From Eledone cirrhosa (Eukaryota): 64,000 nt of DNA. The stretch is taken from positions 25,792,001 through 25,856,000 of the forward strand of contig OZ024747.1 of assembly GCA_964016885.1 (NCBI GenBank), given 5' to 3'. Below, piece after piece: positions 29,576 to 44,559 of this stretch. Every line of letters begins with the position of its first letter. The first letter of the stretch is position 1. Made by a program: the position numbers and the translations under genes. The notes beneath the pieces were generated by a model, which was not told where the DNA came from, searched no databases, and worked only from the letters and a program-made list of their open reading frames with translations.

Positions 29576-30142
29576 CTGAATGTGTTTATGTGTACATCCA
29601 TTTATGTATGTATACATATACACACATACTCATACACACACCTACATAGTTATGAATGAATGAAAACAGAATACAAATAAAAGCAGACTACCCACACATT
29701 GTTATGTGAAAAGAATGTTGCAAAAGTGAAATAAAAAATAAAAAGCCAAAACAAAAACCGGATAAAGAACTACCACTATAATATCATTTCAAAAGCTGAT
29801 TATATCTAACTTAGAAAATTAACCAAGGAAATAGGTTTTCCTTTTCAGTGCTCACTAGTATCCTGTAGCCAAAACATACCCAGAAGATAATATTCAAAAT
29901 TACAAAATAGTTGAACAGAAAAAAAGTCAGACAAATTACTTAGTATCAAAATGTATTTCATTTGAATATAAAGTCAGATGTATGTGTATGGATATGTACG
30001 TATATGTATGTAAATGTTTCTATGTGTACGTCGTTGTATGTATATGTGTATATGTATGTGTGTATATATGCACATAAGTATGTGTGTCGATAGACAGAAA
30101 ACGTACATATATATTAATATCTAATACATACACAAACTCTCC

Positions 30143-30206
<64 letters not shown>

Positions 30207-30305
30207 TATATGACTTCATACGCACAAAACCATATAAATACAGTCGCCATCAATACACACATACATATAGATACATATATATATATATATACATACATAC
30301 ATGTA

Positions 30306-30383
<78 letters not shown>

Positions 30384-30754
30384 CATACTTATAAATATAT
30401 TTATGCATATATATTTATATTTAATGATTTCAGAGTCGCTCCCGATAAATATTAACGTACAAATGCACACAGATCCCAGTACACAAACCTGTGTGTGTAT
30501 GCGTATATATGTATGTATGTATATATATATATATATATATATACATACATATATACACTTATATATATACATACATATATACACTTATATATATATATAC
30601 TTATATATATATTATATATATATAATTATAAATATATTTATACATAAATATATATACATATATATACACACATGCATATATATATATATATACATATATA
30701 TACACACATAGAAATATATATATATATATATATATATTTCGTTTCATTTTTTCC

Positions 30755-30800
<46 letters not shown>

Positions 30801-31090
30801 GTCTGTCTGCTGCCTGCCAGTATGTATGTATGTATTAGTAGCTGTGTCCGTATATATAAACATGTGGGCTACACGTTATAATGTCTGCCTATATTCCATG
30901 TTGTTTTTGTAGTTTGGTAATTAAATTTCATTCTATAACCTCAAACAAAACTAACAACAGCAGTGAACAGAATCATAACTTTCATTTGTAATTGAAGTCT
31001 ACTGAATCTTAATGGTGAAATTGAATTATTATTCAACACTGAAGACTCACCAGCTTATAATACTCATCTCTCCCTCTTTTTCTCCCTTGG

Positions 31091-31152
<62 letters not shown>

Positions 31153-31264
31153 CCCTCTCTCTCTCTCTCTCACCCCCCTCTCTCTCTCTCTCCTCTTTAC
31201 ACTTTAATACTACGAAGAAATACTAGTATACAATAGTGTTCACTTTAATGTTTTTTTTAATGTA

Positions 31265-31530
31265 AGTCCTGTGTGGCTAATAAAGAAATTATTCAGGCAT
31301 GGACATCGTCTGTTAGACGCAGTCTTCCATAGCATGTTTCCTTGCCAGAGATGCAGTCCTGGGTCAAGCGAAGACCGAGAGGGAGCGCTTGGAAACTGGA
31401 ATGTCTTCAAACGCTCATATCCTCTCTCCAATTGGGCAGTGCGATCGGTGGAAACTCCACCTTAGCTTTCTATGGAGGTTTAGTGGCGGGTAAAAACGAT
31501 TACGTTCTTGGGGAGAGTCTAGGGTACTTT
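31265..31530 (+). mobile_element. Old divergent fragment of a related Tx1 ORF2, preceded by a LINE 3'-end motif
   Basis: MQSWVKRRPR..AW..EC.Q.L......I.G.ST..FY.GLV....D..LGE.L aligns by eye with ORF2 LQSWVKQRPRKLGAWHTECAQAL...ISGDSTATFYRGLV. gtggctaataaagaaattatt at about 31273. Confidence 0.7.
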
Positions 31531-31589
31531 ATTTCATTGAGAGGTAAAATTTACAGGCCTCGTTCGGTGATGAAATAGAAATAGTACTG

Positions 31590-31686
<97 letters not shown>

Positions 31687-31707
31687 GGTGTGTGTGTGTA
31701 ATCTCTC

Positions 31708-31839
<132 letters not shown>

Positions 31840-31869
31840 AGATCAAAAGATGGTTAAAAGAGTTCCATG

Positions 31870-31940
31870 TATTTTATTATGCGCATTTCAAAAACAAATA
31901 TCATCATGCAATAACATTTGCGTTTTCGTCAGATAAAATA
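31870..31940 (-). ncRNA. Mirror copy of the 32042-32112 hammerhead
   Basis: Exact reverse complement in the left arm of palindrome 31831-32151. Confidence 0.8.
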
Positions 31941-32041
31941 GGGAGACATGATATGAAGGTTAAAACACACTTGTGAATAGTGCAGTTGATTTAAAACTGC
32001 ACTATTCACAAGTGTGTTTTAACCTTCATATCATGTCTCCC

Positions 32042-32112
32042 TATTTTATCTGACGAAAACGCAAATGTTATTGCATGATGATATTTGTTTTTGAAATGCG
32101 CATAATAAAATA
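32042..32112 (+). ncRNA. Type I hammerhead ribozyme motif with palindromic stem III
   Basis: Stem I tattttat/ataaaata (8 bp), CTGACGA 32050-32056, long stem II, GAAA 32093-32096, a-tgcgca-t, then A17 (AUA triplet). Confidence 0.8.
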
Positions 32113-32142
32113 CATGGAACTCTTTTAACCATCTTTTGATCT

Positions 32143-32204
<62 letters not shown>

Positions 32205-32354
32205 TAAAACAAAGAGGGTGTGGTAAGATACCAGGTGGACCATAACGCACCAGAGTACTCAATACTTAGGGTAGTAGAGTGGGTAATAGGAAAAGTGTCA
32301 GTTCGGATCTAGCTGTCGAAACGGCCGGAGTTCAGCCGGGGTCCTGACTCTTTT

Positions 32355-32403
<49 letters not shown>

Positions 32404-32679
32404 ATATATATATATATACAGACACACACACACATATATGTAAATGTATGTGTGAGTGTGTGTGCGTCCATGTCTGTGTTTACGTTTGTATATATGTATG
32501 AGTTTCTGTCTCGAATCGACAAATAAAAAAAATAAATGTCGATAAGTTATGTGCCAGGCTTAATAAATAAATATGTACTGGAGTCGATAAGATTGACTAA
32601 ATCCCTTCAAGATAGTGCCACGTCATGGCTGTAGTCTAATTAATGACTGAAACCAGTAAATGAGTAACTAAAAACTTAC

Positions 32680-34055
<1,376 letters not shown>

Positions 34056-34614
34056 CAGCTGTTTCCTTGTCGAATTTGCAGAAATATTTAACGATATAGT
34101 TTCCTAATTATTTTATCTGTCTGTCTGTTTGTCTGTCCGCCTTTCACACTTCATACAATATCACTTCGTTGTCCAATTACTCTATCTATCTGTCTATCTA
34201 GCTATCTATCTATCTGACTGTCTGTCACTTTGCCTCGCTGCCTATCTGTCTCTCTGTCTCTATCTCTTCGACCCTCACTCTACACAGTATCATACTGTGC
34301 CCCAATTATTTAGTTATCTATCCCTATTGTCTCCCCAACCCAATGTCAACTTAATGTCTTGTCTCTCTCTCTCACCTGTGTTAATTATATATCTTCAACC
34401 TCTATAAGTAGCCTCCATTATCTCTTACGTCTTCCACATCGTCTTTTTACTATCTCTCCTCTACCTTTCCTCTTTTTTCTTTTTGTACATAAATATATAA
34501 AAAAAACAAAAACAAAACACTTCTCACATACCCGGACCTACCCGTCTCTTTCCCCTTCTCTTTCTCCCTCTTTCTCCCTCTCTCTTTCTCTATCTATCTA
34601 TCTACCCTCCCCTC

Positions 34615-34680
<66 letters not shown>

Positions 34681-34681
<1 letters not shown>

Positions 34682-34834
34682 GTGTTACCCATATAAACTG
34701 TCTCCCTCTATTGGGGAAAATCGACTAACTTTTAAATTCCATCTGTGATAACATTTTACACGTTTTTATTGTATGTAAACTTCCCCCTTTGTATTTGTCC
34801 CCTTCTTTTGTGCCCCTGTGGCTAATAAAGAAAT
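34681..34834 (+). mobile_element. Solo 3' end (about 155 bp) of the Tx1 subfamily seen at 50450-53424
   Basis: Closely matches about 53270-53424 (ttggggaaaatcga...gcccctgtg.ctaataaagaaa). Flanked on both sides by (TATC)n. Confidence 0.85.
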
Positions 34835-34835
34835 A

Positions 34836-34884
<49 letters not shown>

Positions 34885-34887
34885 CAC

Positions 34888-37800
34888 CAATCAACCGCGT
34901 CCTCCTAAAAAATTTCACCCCCCCACCCCACCCAGACACCCACTCAACGACAAACACCCCAACCCCACAACACACCGATGCCCCTTCACTTCCACAAACC
35001 ACCACCCCACCCAACAACCCATCCCCAACCAGCATGGAAATTGAGCGGCCCGTTTCCCGGGACGCAGAGAGGTAAGTGCCTTTTCTCTTTACCACCAACA
35101 TGGCTGTGCTAAGAGTAGGGTGTCTAAATGCGCGTGGCCTGGGCTCGTCTTGGAAGCAAGCAATGCTTCTAAATGACCTCAGGTCACAATCTATAAATGT
35201 GATGGTTATCTGCGAGGCCCGGATCAGCAGCATGCGACAGCTAGCCCCCACCTTTGACGACTTTGAGATGCACGCATCTCTCTGTCAGCCCGGAGGTGGG
35301 GGTGGGGTTGTCGTTCTGCTGCAAAAACATATGGGCCTTGCAACACAGATAGTTCACTTGGACCCAGGGGGTCGACTGGTGGTGCTGGACCTTGGCAGTG
35401 GTGAAGGTAGAGCCCTTAGGCTGATAGCCGCATATGCCCCTTTTGGGACAGAGCGGCCCGACTTTTTCCAGCGTCTGGAGTCTTTTCTAGGGACGTCCCG
35501 TTCCCTGCTTTTAGTGGGGGATTGGAATGGTATCCTGGATGCACGTTGGGACTATGCAGGGGCATGTCCCGATAGAGAGGGGTGCAACAGCCTCAAGGGG
35601 TTACTCGGCCGATTTGACCTGGCCGATAGATTTCGACTAGATTTTCCGACGGTGCCAACCTGGTCTTGGTCAAATCGCAGCGGATCATCTAGATCGTACC
35701 TAGATAGATTTTTAGTTAGAAATAAGGACAGGGACTTTTTAAGTTGTCCAGAAATGCTCATGGTTGGCTATTCAGACCACAAGTTGGTGACCTGCATGGT
35801 CAACCTTGATAGAACGCATAGACAGGGCCCCGGTTACTGGAAGCTCAACTTGTCCTTGCCGGCAAGTAGAGCCTACAGGAATCGGATTAGTACGTTAGTT
35901 AAGGAACGGTTGACTGGAGCGATCGTCAACAGCAGGTGGTGGGTATCTCTAAAGAGAGAGATTAGAGTAGTCTCGATTGAATTTAGTAAGGTTCTAGCTG
36001 CGGATAGGAATAGGAAGGAAAGGGAGCTAATAGATAGAGTAGAAGAGGCAATTAGAAGCGGCGACGTGGCCAGAGTGCTAGCGTCGAGAACGGCTTTGAG
36101 CCAGTTTTTCGACGCGAAGCACGAAGGCTGCGTTGTCCGAAGTAAAATACGTGCTCTAGGGAACGAGGGGGCCAAAGCTGTTAGCTGGGCCCGCGTGACA
36201 GAGGCCAACAGTGGAACTAAATCCACCATCCGGTCTTTGCGAGACCTGGATGGACGGGCGATTCTTGAGCCTAAGCAGATGTGTGAGGCCTTTCAAAGGC
36301 ACTTTGCCCGACTGTTCGGGAGGGGCGGGGAGCCGGTTGGAAACGTGGACTTCGGTCCATACCTCGACGGCCTGCCGCGCCTCTCGGACAGGGAGGCGAA
36401 GTCTTGCGAGGAGCCGATTTCGGCCGCTGAGATAGAGGACGTGCTGGGCCAATGCGGCAAACGCAAATCCCCGGGTCTCGATGGTCTTCCTTACGAATTA
36501 TATCTAGCTATGCCGGACTTGTTCCCCGATCTCCTCGAGGCGGTCTACTGCAACTGGCAACAGAACGGGAGAATTCCCTGTACTGTGACCAAGGGCGTAG
36601 TCACGCTAGTGAGGAAGGACGAGAACAAGGGGGACGAAATAAGTAACTTCAGGCCCATAACTCTGCTAAATACAGAGTTACAGATTTTGGCCAAGGTGCT
36701 AGCAAAGAGGTTGGCGCTTGTCGTGGGCAACCTGGTGGGAGATGCGCAGACATGCGCTATCCCGTCCAGGTCCATCCATGACAACCTCCACCTCATGCGA
36801 TACATCATAGAGAGGGTTGGGAACGAACCCGGCTTTGGTGGGGCTCTGATCAACTTGGATCAATCTAAGGCGTTCGATAGGGTCGACCATGGTTACCTGA
36901 ATGCGGTGCTAGCGGCGGCAGGCTTCGGACCCGTTTTCAGGGGCTGGATCACTGCTATGCACAGCAGCCGCATCTGCTCTAGGGTCAAGGTGAACGGCTA
37001 CCTCTCGGAGCCGTTCAAAATCGCGCGGTCCATCCGACAAGGGTGCCCTCTCTCCTGCCTTCTGTATGTGTTGACTCTCGAGCCACTACTGCGGAAGTTG
37101 GAGTTGTTGCAGGGCATCCCTTTGGAACCGGGATTGCGGAAAGCGGTGTCGGCCTACGCCGATGATGTGACAGTAATGGTGTCGACGGCCTCCGAAATCG
37201 AGGCGGTCGGCACCTTACTGGAGGAGTACGAAAAGTTCACAGGGGCTAAGCTGAACCGGGACAAGTCGATCGGTTTGCAACTCGGCACGTGGAGGGGCAG
37301 ACCGATGCCTTCCGATGGCGTCGTCGGACGCTGGACGGAGGGCCCGGTGAAGTTGCTCGGGGTCTGGTTCGGACCGGACCTCCAGGTGGAGAAAAACTGG
37401 GCGGAGGTTACGAACAGGGTGTTTGCACTGACCCAGAAGTGGGCCAGTTGCAAACTATCCCTGAAAGGTCGGGCGGAGGTGGCGAACACTTATATAGCGT
37501 CCGTCATCTACTACCGCCTGACCGTAGTGCCCTGCCCAAGGGAAACCCTCACCAAGATGGAGCGCGCGCTCTTCCAATTCCTTTGGAAGGGGCGGGCTCC
37601 TATGGTGAGGAGATCCATCTGCTGTCAACACCCTTCGAAAGGAGGGCTGGGGATGCCGTGGCTAATGATGCGTAAACACGCATTAAGGCTACGGCACCTC
37701 TACGTATTCCTCACCGGACAACCGGTGTGGGCCTCGTTTGTGAGACGAACCTTTCCCAGACTCGTCTCACTCACCGAGCTGCAATCCTGGGTCAAGCAAA

Positions 37801-38800
37801 GACCGAGAAAACTGGGCGCCTGGCACACTGAGTGTGCCCAGGCGCTCACCGCCCTCTGGCAGGCGGATCCGGTTATCAGTGGAGACTCCACCGCAACATT
37901 CTATAGAGGGCTGGTACGCAGCAGGTGCGACGACGCCCTCGGAGAAGCCCTAGACATGGAGGAGGACGAACTGGCCAGCCTGTTCGGTAGGACATTCAGC
38001 CCGGGACCTATGGACAACTTCCAGAAGTCCCTGGCCTGGCAGTGCTACCGAGGGGCTTTACCCGTTCGAGAAAGGCTCTACAGACACGGGCGCCCGGGTA
38101 GGGACCCCGCCAAAAAGATCTGTCCCAGATGCGTGTGCGACGAGGAAACCGTTGCACACGCATTGGTACACTGCTCGGGCGTAGCCGATCTGTGGGGCTA
38201 TGTCGAACAACTGCTGTCAAGGGTGGGACCGATCCGGTTGACCACCGAGTCTATTGTAATGATCAAGCCGCCTCCCCCCTTCAAAGATGAAGCAGAGGCG
38301 GTGTTTCTGTGCGTAATAGCCATGGCGAAAGAGGTTGTATGGTGGACGCGTCTGAAAGGACTGAGGTCAGGCACCTTTCTCTCTGGCCAACAACTGGTCC
38401 GTTTCTTCCGATATCATTTCGGAAGAAGGATCAGGATGGAGAGAGAGGTGCTGCACCCCAGTCGTTTTTATGAAAGGTGGGTGAAAGTGGCGAGAATGGC
38501 CCGTGTGAATGGGCCTTCTCTTTACATAAGCCTGTAGGTGGAAAAGAGGAAGGAACGAGGGAGCACCCCCTCTCTGTGCTCCTGAGGAAAAGGGTTGCAC
38601 ACTTTTTTCGGGGGTGTGTGCGACCCCCCAAGGCGCCTCCTCTCTATTGAGGATTTTGTTAAAAATTTTATTTTTGTTATATCTTATTTTATTTTTATAT
38701 TTTGTTATTGCCTCCTCCTTATTGAGGACGCCTTTTTGTGTAAACTCCCCCCTTTGTACTTGTCCCACTTTTGATGCCCTAGTGGCAAATAAAAGAAACT
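34888..38800 (+). mobile_element. Tx1/L1-type non-LTR retrotransposon, 5'-truncated in ORF1, ORF2 intact, 16-bp TSD
   Basis: TSD tatctatctatctcac at 34872-34887 and 38801-38816. Pro/Thr-rich ORF1 tail ending at TAA 35075, then ORF2, then a 3'UTR with AATAAA near 38788. Confidence 0.92.
35100..38537 (+). CDS. LINE ORF2: APE endonuclease + reverse transcriptase + CCHC zinc motif (1145 aa from ATG 35100)
   Basis: APE motifs LNARGL, GDWN, SYLDRF, SDH. RT motifs KSPGLDG, FRPITLLN, LDQSKAFDRV, RQGCPLS, YADD. C-terminal CPRC...ETVAHALVHC. No stops or frameshifts. Confidence 0.95.
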   Translation: MAVLRVGCLNARGLGSSWKQAMLLNDLRSQSINVMVICEARISSMRQLAPTFDDFEMHASLCQPGGGGGVVVLLQKHMGLATQIVHLDPGGRLVVLDLGSGEGRALRLIAAYAPFGTERPDFFQRLESFLGTSRSLLLVGDWNGILDARWDYAGACPDREGCNSLKGLLGRFDLADRFRLDFPTVPTWSWSNRSGSSRSYLDRFLVRNKDRDFLSCPEMLMVGYSDHKLVTCMVNLDRTHRQGPGYWKLNLSLPASRAYRNRISTLVKERLTGAIVNSRWWVSLKREIRVVSIEFSKVLAADRNRKERELIDRVEEAIRSGDVARVLASRTALSQFFDAKHEGCVVRSKIRALGNEGAKAVSWARVTEANSGTKSTIRSLRDLDGRAILEPKQMCEAFQRHFARLFGRGGEPVGNVDFGPYLDGLPRLSDREAKSCEEPISAAEIEDVLGQCGKRKSPGLDGLPYELYLAMPDLFPDLLEAVYCNWQQNGRIPCTVTKGVVTLVRKDENKGDEISNFRPITLLNTELQILAKVLAKRLALVVGNLVGDAQTCAIPSRSIHDNLHLMRYIIERVGNEPGFGGALINLDQSKAFDRVDHGYLNAVLAAAGFGPVFRGWITAMHSSRICSRVKVNGYLSEPFKIARSIRQGCPLSCLLYVLTLEPLLRKLELLQGIPLEPGLRKAVSAYADDVTVMVSTASEIEAVGTLLEEYEKFTGAKLNRDKSIGLQLGTWRGRPMPSDGVVGRWTEGPVKLLGVWFGPDLQVEKNWAEVTNRVFALTQKWASCKLSLKGRAEVANTYIASVIYYRLTVVPCPRETLTKMERALFQFLWKGRAPMVRRSICCQHPSKGGLGMPWLMMRKHALRLRHLYVFLTGQPVWASFVRRTFPRLVSLTELQSWVKQRPRKLGAWHTECAQALTALWQADPVISGDSTATFYRGLVRSRCDDALGEALDMEEDELASLFGRTFSPGPMDNFQKSLAWQCYRGALPVRERLYRHGRPGRDPAKKICPRCVCDEETVAHALVHCSGVADLWGYVEQLLSRVGPIRLTTESIVMIKPPPPFKDEAEAVFLCVIAMAKEVVWWTRLKGLRSGTFLSGQQLVRFFRYHFGRRIRMEREVLHPSRFYERWVKVARMARVNGPSLYISL

Positions 38801-40803
38801 TATCTATCTATCTCACATATAATTTCTGTGCGTAAACATACAAACAGAGCATATGTCTCTCTTACCTCTCTCCCTTCGTACCTATCACAATAATTCTTTC
38901 CATCTGCCAGCCTCTGTCACTCCCCCTCTCTCTCTCATTTTCTTTCTTTCTCACATATATTTTATCTCCCCCCCACCGCCCAGCAAGGACAAAGTCTAAA
39001 AACCAACACATTGCACCAGGAATCAAGTCTGGACACACAAACATATATATACACACAAATACACATTCACGCATAGAGTCATAAGAATAGACACACACAC
39101 GCTCACAGACGGACTCACACATTCACACACATAGACATGCAGACAAGCACACACATAAATGCCAACACGCATACACAGGTACGTTCAAAAACACACATAC
39201 ACATAGACATACACGCACATATGAATATAGGCTTGTACAGACACATTGACACACACATATAGACACTGACATACACAGACACATAGGTGCACACAGATTT
39301 TGTTTGGCTCCTTACTCCACGTTTTAAACCACACATCCAACCATTTTAAATATAGAAGGCTACAATGGACAATGTAGTCTCCCCACCACCACCACAACAA
39401 CAACAATAACAAAAAAAAGAAACAAAAATCAAAGCCAAAACCAAACGGGATGGTCATGACTGGAACATCTGCTAACAAAGGTCTGTTGGATTAGGGCTGA
39501 TATGGTTTTAAACTAGAGATTTATAAAGTGGCCGCTACACCACCCCCTCAGTGGGCGTTGAGACGGTCCAGGGGGGAGGGGAGGGCTGGGGTCTAAGGTG
39601 GCGCTTTTAGAGACCATATAATATCTATTTATACACAGTATATATTATATTATTTATTATATGTAAATTAACGATTTTATTTATTATATATTATTTAGAA
39701 TTTGCGTGTAGGCAGGTCTGTCTGGAAATAGGATTGTGGAGCACTGAGGGTATTACGTGGCCGTGAGGGAGGTGGTGGCCCAAAAAGTTTGAGAACTACT
39801 GATCTAAACCGTATCAAGATTTGCCCACTCATTACTATTGAAGCACTAAGGGTACAAATTTCAAGCTTCCGATAATGACGTCATATTTGAAGATAAGACA
39901 TAGGAACATATAACGATTTCGACGTTAGACGTAAAGTTGATTGGAAACACCAAGGTTTGGCGCTACTAGGAAAGCCAACTGGGGCGCTGACCCCAGAGAG
40001 GTGCATTACTGAAAGTTAAAGGATTACAGTTATGTACAGACATACACACATATATACAGACACACACACACACAGAGGCATATATACCGAGGGATATATA
40101 CTGATACAGACATACAGGCAGACTCTTATACACATAGAAAGACATACATACACTGACATATACACGCAAATAAACGTACATACGGTTATATAAAAGCTTA
40201 CGTATACATACATACAGATAGACACATACACAGTAACATACACTCATTCGTACAAGCACGCGCACACAGACATATCAACAAGTCACCTTCGACCTTTCCC
40301 ATTCTTCTTCTTCTTCTTCTTCTTCTTCTTCTTCTTCTTCTTCTTCTTCTTCTTCTTCTTCTTCTTCTTCTTCTTCTTCTTCTTCTTCTTCTATTAAACC
40401 TCAACTTTCATAACATATAACCATTTTTAAGAAGTAATATTCTAAAACAAAAACAACAAAAACAGAATCAACAACAACAACAACAACAAAAACGCTGTTT
40501 AATTCGCTTCATTTGAATTTTATCATCCATACTTAGTTTTCATAAATAAAATAAACAAGACATACAACAACAACAACAACAGCAGCACAAAACAAAAGAC
40601 GAAAGCCAAACAAGCAAATGAGTTAAGAAACAAGACGACAAACAACAAATTAAGCCCTTCGTTTAACTTTTACTCAGAGACAGGTTCACACAGATATACT
40701 CCATAACCTCAAATGTATCTTCATTCATGTTTTTAATTTATTTATTCCGCCTATAACTAAATTTAGTAAATAAATATAGTATATGTATATATATATATAT
40801 ATG

Positions 40804-40919
<116 letters not shown>

Positions 40920-40951
40920 AATGTGTGTATATATGTGTATATGTATATATG

Positions 40952-41058
<107 letters not shown>

Positions 41059-41279
41059 CGAAGGAAATGTGGTAAGGAACCAGATGGACCATAACGCACC
41101 AAAGTACTCAATACTTAGGGTAGTAGAGTGGGTAATAAGAACGAGTAGGACCCCGACGGTTGAGCTCAAGCCGTTTCGACGGCTAATTCTGGACTAAATC
41201 GATTTAGTCCAGAATTAGCCGTCGAAACGGCTTGAGCTCAGCCGTCGGGGTCCTACTCGTTCCTATATATATATATATA

Positions 41280-43624
41280 ATGGAAAAATTTGAACAGGAA
41301 CAAAACAGAGAGGCAGTACAACGAATGTTTATTAATTTCACGCTCTGGAGAGTGGGGTGGTGGTGGGTGGAGTGGGGAGAGGGAGACGGGGTGTCCGAGC
41401 GGGGAGGGCTGAAGGTGGTGTGTGTGTGTAGGTGTACGTGTGTGTGTGTGTGTGTATGTGAAAGCAAGGGTTGGGGGAAGAACGGGGTTGCATGTTCAGG
41501 AAAAGGTGTGTGTGTGGGGGGGTGTAGGTCGGAGTGTCTGTGCGTGTGTGGATAGAGGGGTGGGGGGAGAGGAATCAGGAGGCTGAGGGTGTAAATATGT
41601 GGTGGAAAGCACGTGTGTGTGGGGTTTAAGCGTGTTGTGGGTGTAGGTGGCGTGTGGGAGAAAACATTTTTTTTTGGGTGTGTGTGTGGGTGAGTCATAT
41701 AGGTGATTCCGTAAGAGGATGGTTGAAATGTTGGTAAATTCCTATGATGTTAGTAGATTCCGCGGTGGTCAAGTTCCACATACGAGTATTCCATGAAGAG
41801 ATGGTCGGAAGAGGAGAGATGTGGGGTGCGCGCGCAACAGGAAGTGGTCAAGGCGGTGGGAGTGCTGTGTGTCTGTTTGGGCTGGGAGGTGGTCAGAGGG
41901 CATAGCATCAGTCGGGTGGAATGGTAAAGGAGCGAGGATGGGTAGGTGTGAAAGTTGGAGTGAGGAGGGTGTGTGTGTGTATTAGTAGAGGTGTTAGTGG
42001 GATGAGTGAGTGTGGAGCGAGGGTGTGGGTGGAGCGGGGAGAGAAGGGTGTGTGTAGTTCGATGGAGGGAGTGTGGTGTACTGGTGTGTGTAGTTTGATG
42101 AAGGGGGTGTTAGTGGGTGTTAGTATACGGGAGGTGGGGAAAGGGTTGAATGCAGGTGTGAGTGGGGGTTAGTGGTGGTAGGGTGTGTAGAGTTGGTGGT
42201 GTACGAGGGTGTGTGGGTACGTGTGCGTGGGGTTGGGGGGTGTTAGTGATGTTAGTTGCGTGTGGGGTGGGTGGTGTAAGTGGGTGCGTGTGTTCGTGTG
42301 CTTGGGGTCAGGGGGTGTTAGTGAGGTTAGTTGCGGGGTGGTGGGATGGAGGTGTGGGGTGAGGGTTAGTGGTGGTAGTAGGGTGTGTGTTTAGTGTGAG
42401 CGCGTGTATATATGTGCCGGTGGGTGTGTGCGTGTGATAAGGAGGGGGAGGAGAAGAAGGGAGGGATGTTAGTATGTTAGTTGGGGAAGGGTGGTCGGAT
42501 GAGGGGTGGAGTGGAGGTGTTAGTATTGTTAGTTGTGGGGTGGGCGGTGAAAAGGAGGCGTGTGTTAGTGGTGTTAGTGGGGGATATGTGTGGGGGGAGG
42601 GGGGCGGTCGAAGGCTAAAGGAATAAGGGTGGGGTGTTCAGGCCGGGGGGGAGTGTGGGTCTGTAAGATGAAGATGGTTCTTTGTTCGACTCTAAGGAGA
42701 TTGGCGGGTGTTCCGTGGCATTGGAGTAGGCCACAGACTGTGAGATGGCGTGCGGAATGTCCAGGGGCACCAAAGTGGCGGGCGATGGGGGAACTACCAC
42801 CGAGACGAATATCCCGGAGGTGCTCGGTGAATCGGTCCGCCAGGCGACGTCCCGTCTGTCCGACATAAGTCGCGCTGCACTACGTGTAGCGAAGTCCGTA
42901 GACTAGGTTGGAGGAGGTGCAGCGGAAGGCATGCCGGACAGAGAGAGAGAGTGGCCGTTGGGACCCTGGAAGGTGGTGGTGTTGGTGATGTGGGGACAGG
43001 TGTTGCAGCGGCGCCTAGAACAGGGAAAGGAACCGGGAGGGGGAGAGCGTGGGTTGGGGGTAGGGAGCTGTGGACGAGGAGGGTGCGGAGATTGCGTGCG
43101 CGTTTGAAGGAGGGGAGTGGTGGGGTTGGGAAGATGTGGGAGGTGGAGGGGTCGGACTGGAGGCGTCGGAAGAGGCGGCGGATGGTGCGGTGGAGGGGTG
43201 AGGTGGAGGGGTGGTAGGTGATTGGGAAGGGGAGACGGTGGGTGGGTGTGCGGTGGCGTGGGGTGAGGGTGGTGGAGCGGTGGACAGCACGGGCGCGGGT
43301 GAGAGCGGTGTGGACGAGAGAGGGGGGGTAACCTCTGCGGATGAAATGGCTGACTAGGGAAAGGGCCTGGGACTCGAAGTCAGCATCTCGGCTACAAGGC
43401 GGCGGATCCTGAGGAGTTGGGAGTAGGGAATGGAGTGTTTAGTGTGGGTGGGGTGGGAAGAGGTGAAGTCGAGGTAAGAGTGGGAGTCGGTGGGTTTGAA
43501 GAAGGCGGAGGTGACGAGGGAGTGGTGGGAGGGGTCGAAGGCGACGGAGATGTCTAAGAAGTGGACGTGGGTGGTGGAGATAGAGGTGGTGAAGTGGAGG
43601 GAGGGGTGGAAGGAGCAGAAGAAG
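41280..43624 (-). mobile_element. Penelope-like retroelement, 5'-truncated and decayed: RT C-terminus, GIY-YIG endonuclease, long C-rich 3' region
   Basis: VHFLDISV...FKPTDSHSYLDFTSSHP.HTK.SIPYSQLLRIRR (PLE RT thumb). FRCTSSNLVY...YVGQTGRRLADRFTEHLRDIR...PGLN (PLE GIY-YIG) with an internal stop and frameshifts. AATAAA near 41330. (TA)n at both ends. Confidence 0.85.
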
Positions 43625-44106
43625 ATATATATATATATATATATATATACACGCACATATGAACACACACACACATAAATCATATATAACTAGAAAAGTT
43701 TAGACGTAAAACAACAAAATATACATACAATATATATCTTGGAAGGTTTTCGTCTTTTCCGTGGAAATATACCAATATATATTCCAATATATTCCAAAAT
43801 ATTCTAATGTATATTCACGAATGTTTAGCAGAACTACATACATTAATTGACTTACACTTAAAAATTTGTTTGAAAACTTGAATGTAATCTCAACTAGATT
43901 ACAGTCAAACTTCACGATATATTAAAGGAATAAAATATATATACTATACGGGGGCAGGACGGGTATAGAGATGAACATAGGAGATATACCTTTTGTATGT
44001 TTGTATGTATGTATGTATGTATGTATGTATGTATGTATGTATGTATGTATGGATGTATGTATGTATGTATGGATGTATGTATGGATGTATGTATGTATGT
44101 ATGCTC

Positions 44107-44220
44107 GTTCGTTCTTCTGGTTTTATAATTTCACAAATTTTTGCCAATAGAGAGAGAGTCGGTTTCTAACCTAGATACAAGGCTGTCTCATTGGAATTTA
44201 CACAACATCAATTAGGTAGA
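44107..44220 (-). mobile_element. Second solo 3' end of the same RLE element
   Basis: Near-identical to 44560-44677. Abuts (CATA)n. Confidence 0.8.
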
Positions 44221-44484
44221 TATGTATGCATGCCTGCATGCATGTGTAAGTATGAATGTTATTGTATGTGTAGATGTGTGTGTTTTGAGTTGTATGTGTG
44301 CATGTGTATATTCTTTGTCTCTGTACATGTGTATATGCAGTTATTAGATGCAAATTTTTTGGAATGTTTTACATATTTTTACTGTTCCATTAATGGATTG
44401 TACTTGAAATTTCCTAACTAGTTGTGTTCTTTCTGTTCCTGTGAAGCCTAGCTTCTCAAGATTTGTATTGAGGCAGTTACTAAC

Positions 44485-44517
<33 letters not shown>

Positions 44518-44559
44518 TGTATGTATGTATGTATGTATGTATGTATGTATGTATGTATG

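Noticed and set aside
35552-38768. Antisense and alternative-frame ORFs over the LINE (and over 50.5-53.3 kb)
   Set aside because: Shadows of the GC-rich ORF2 with no recognisable motifs.
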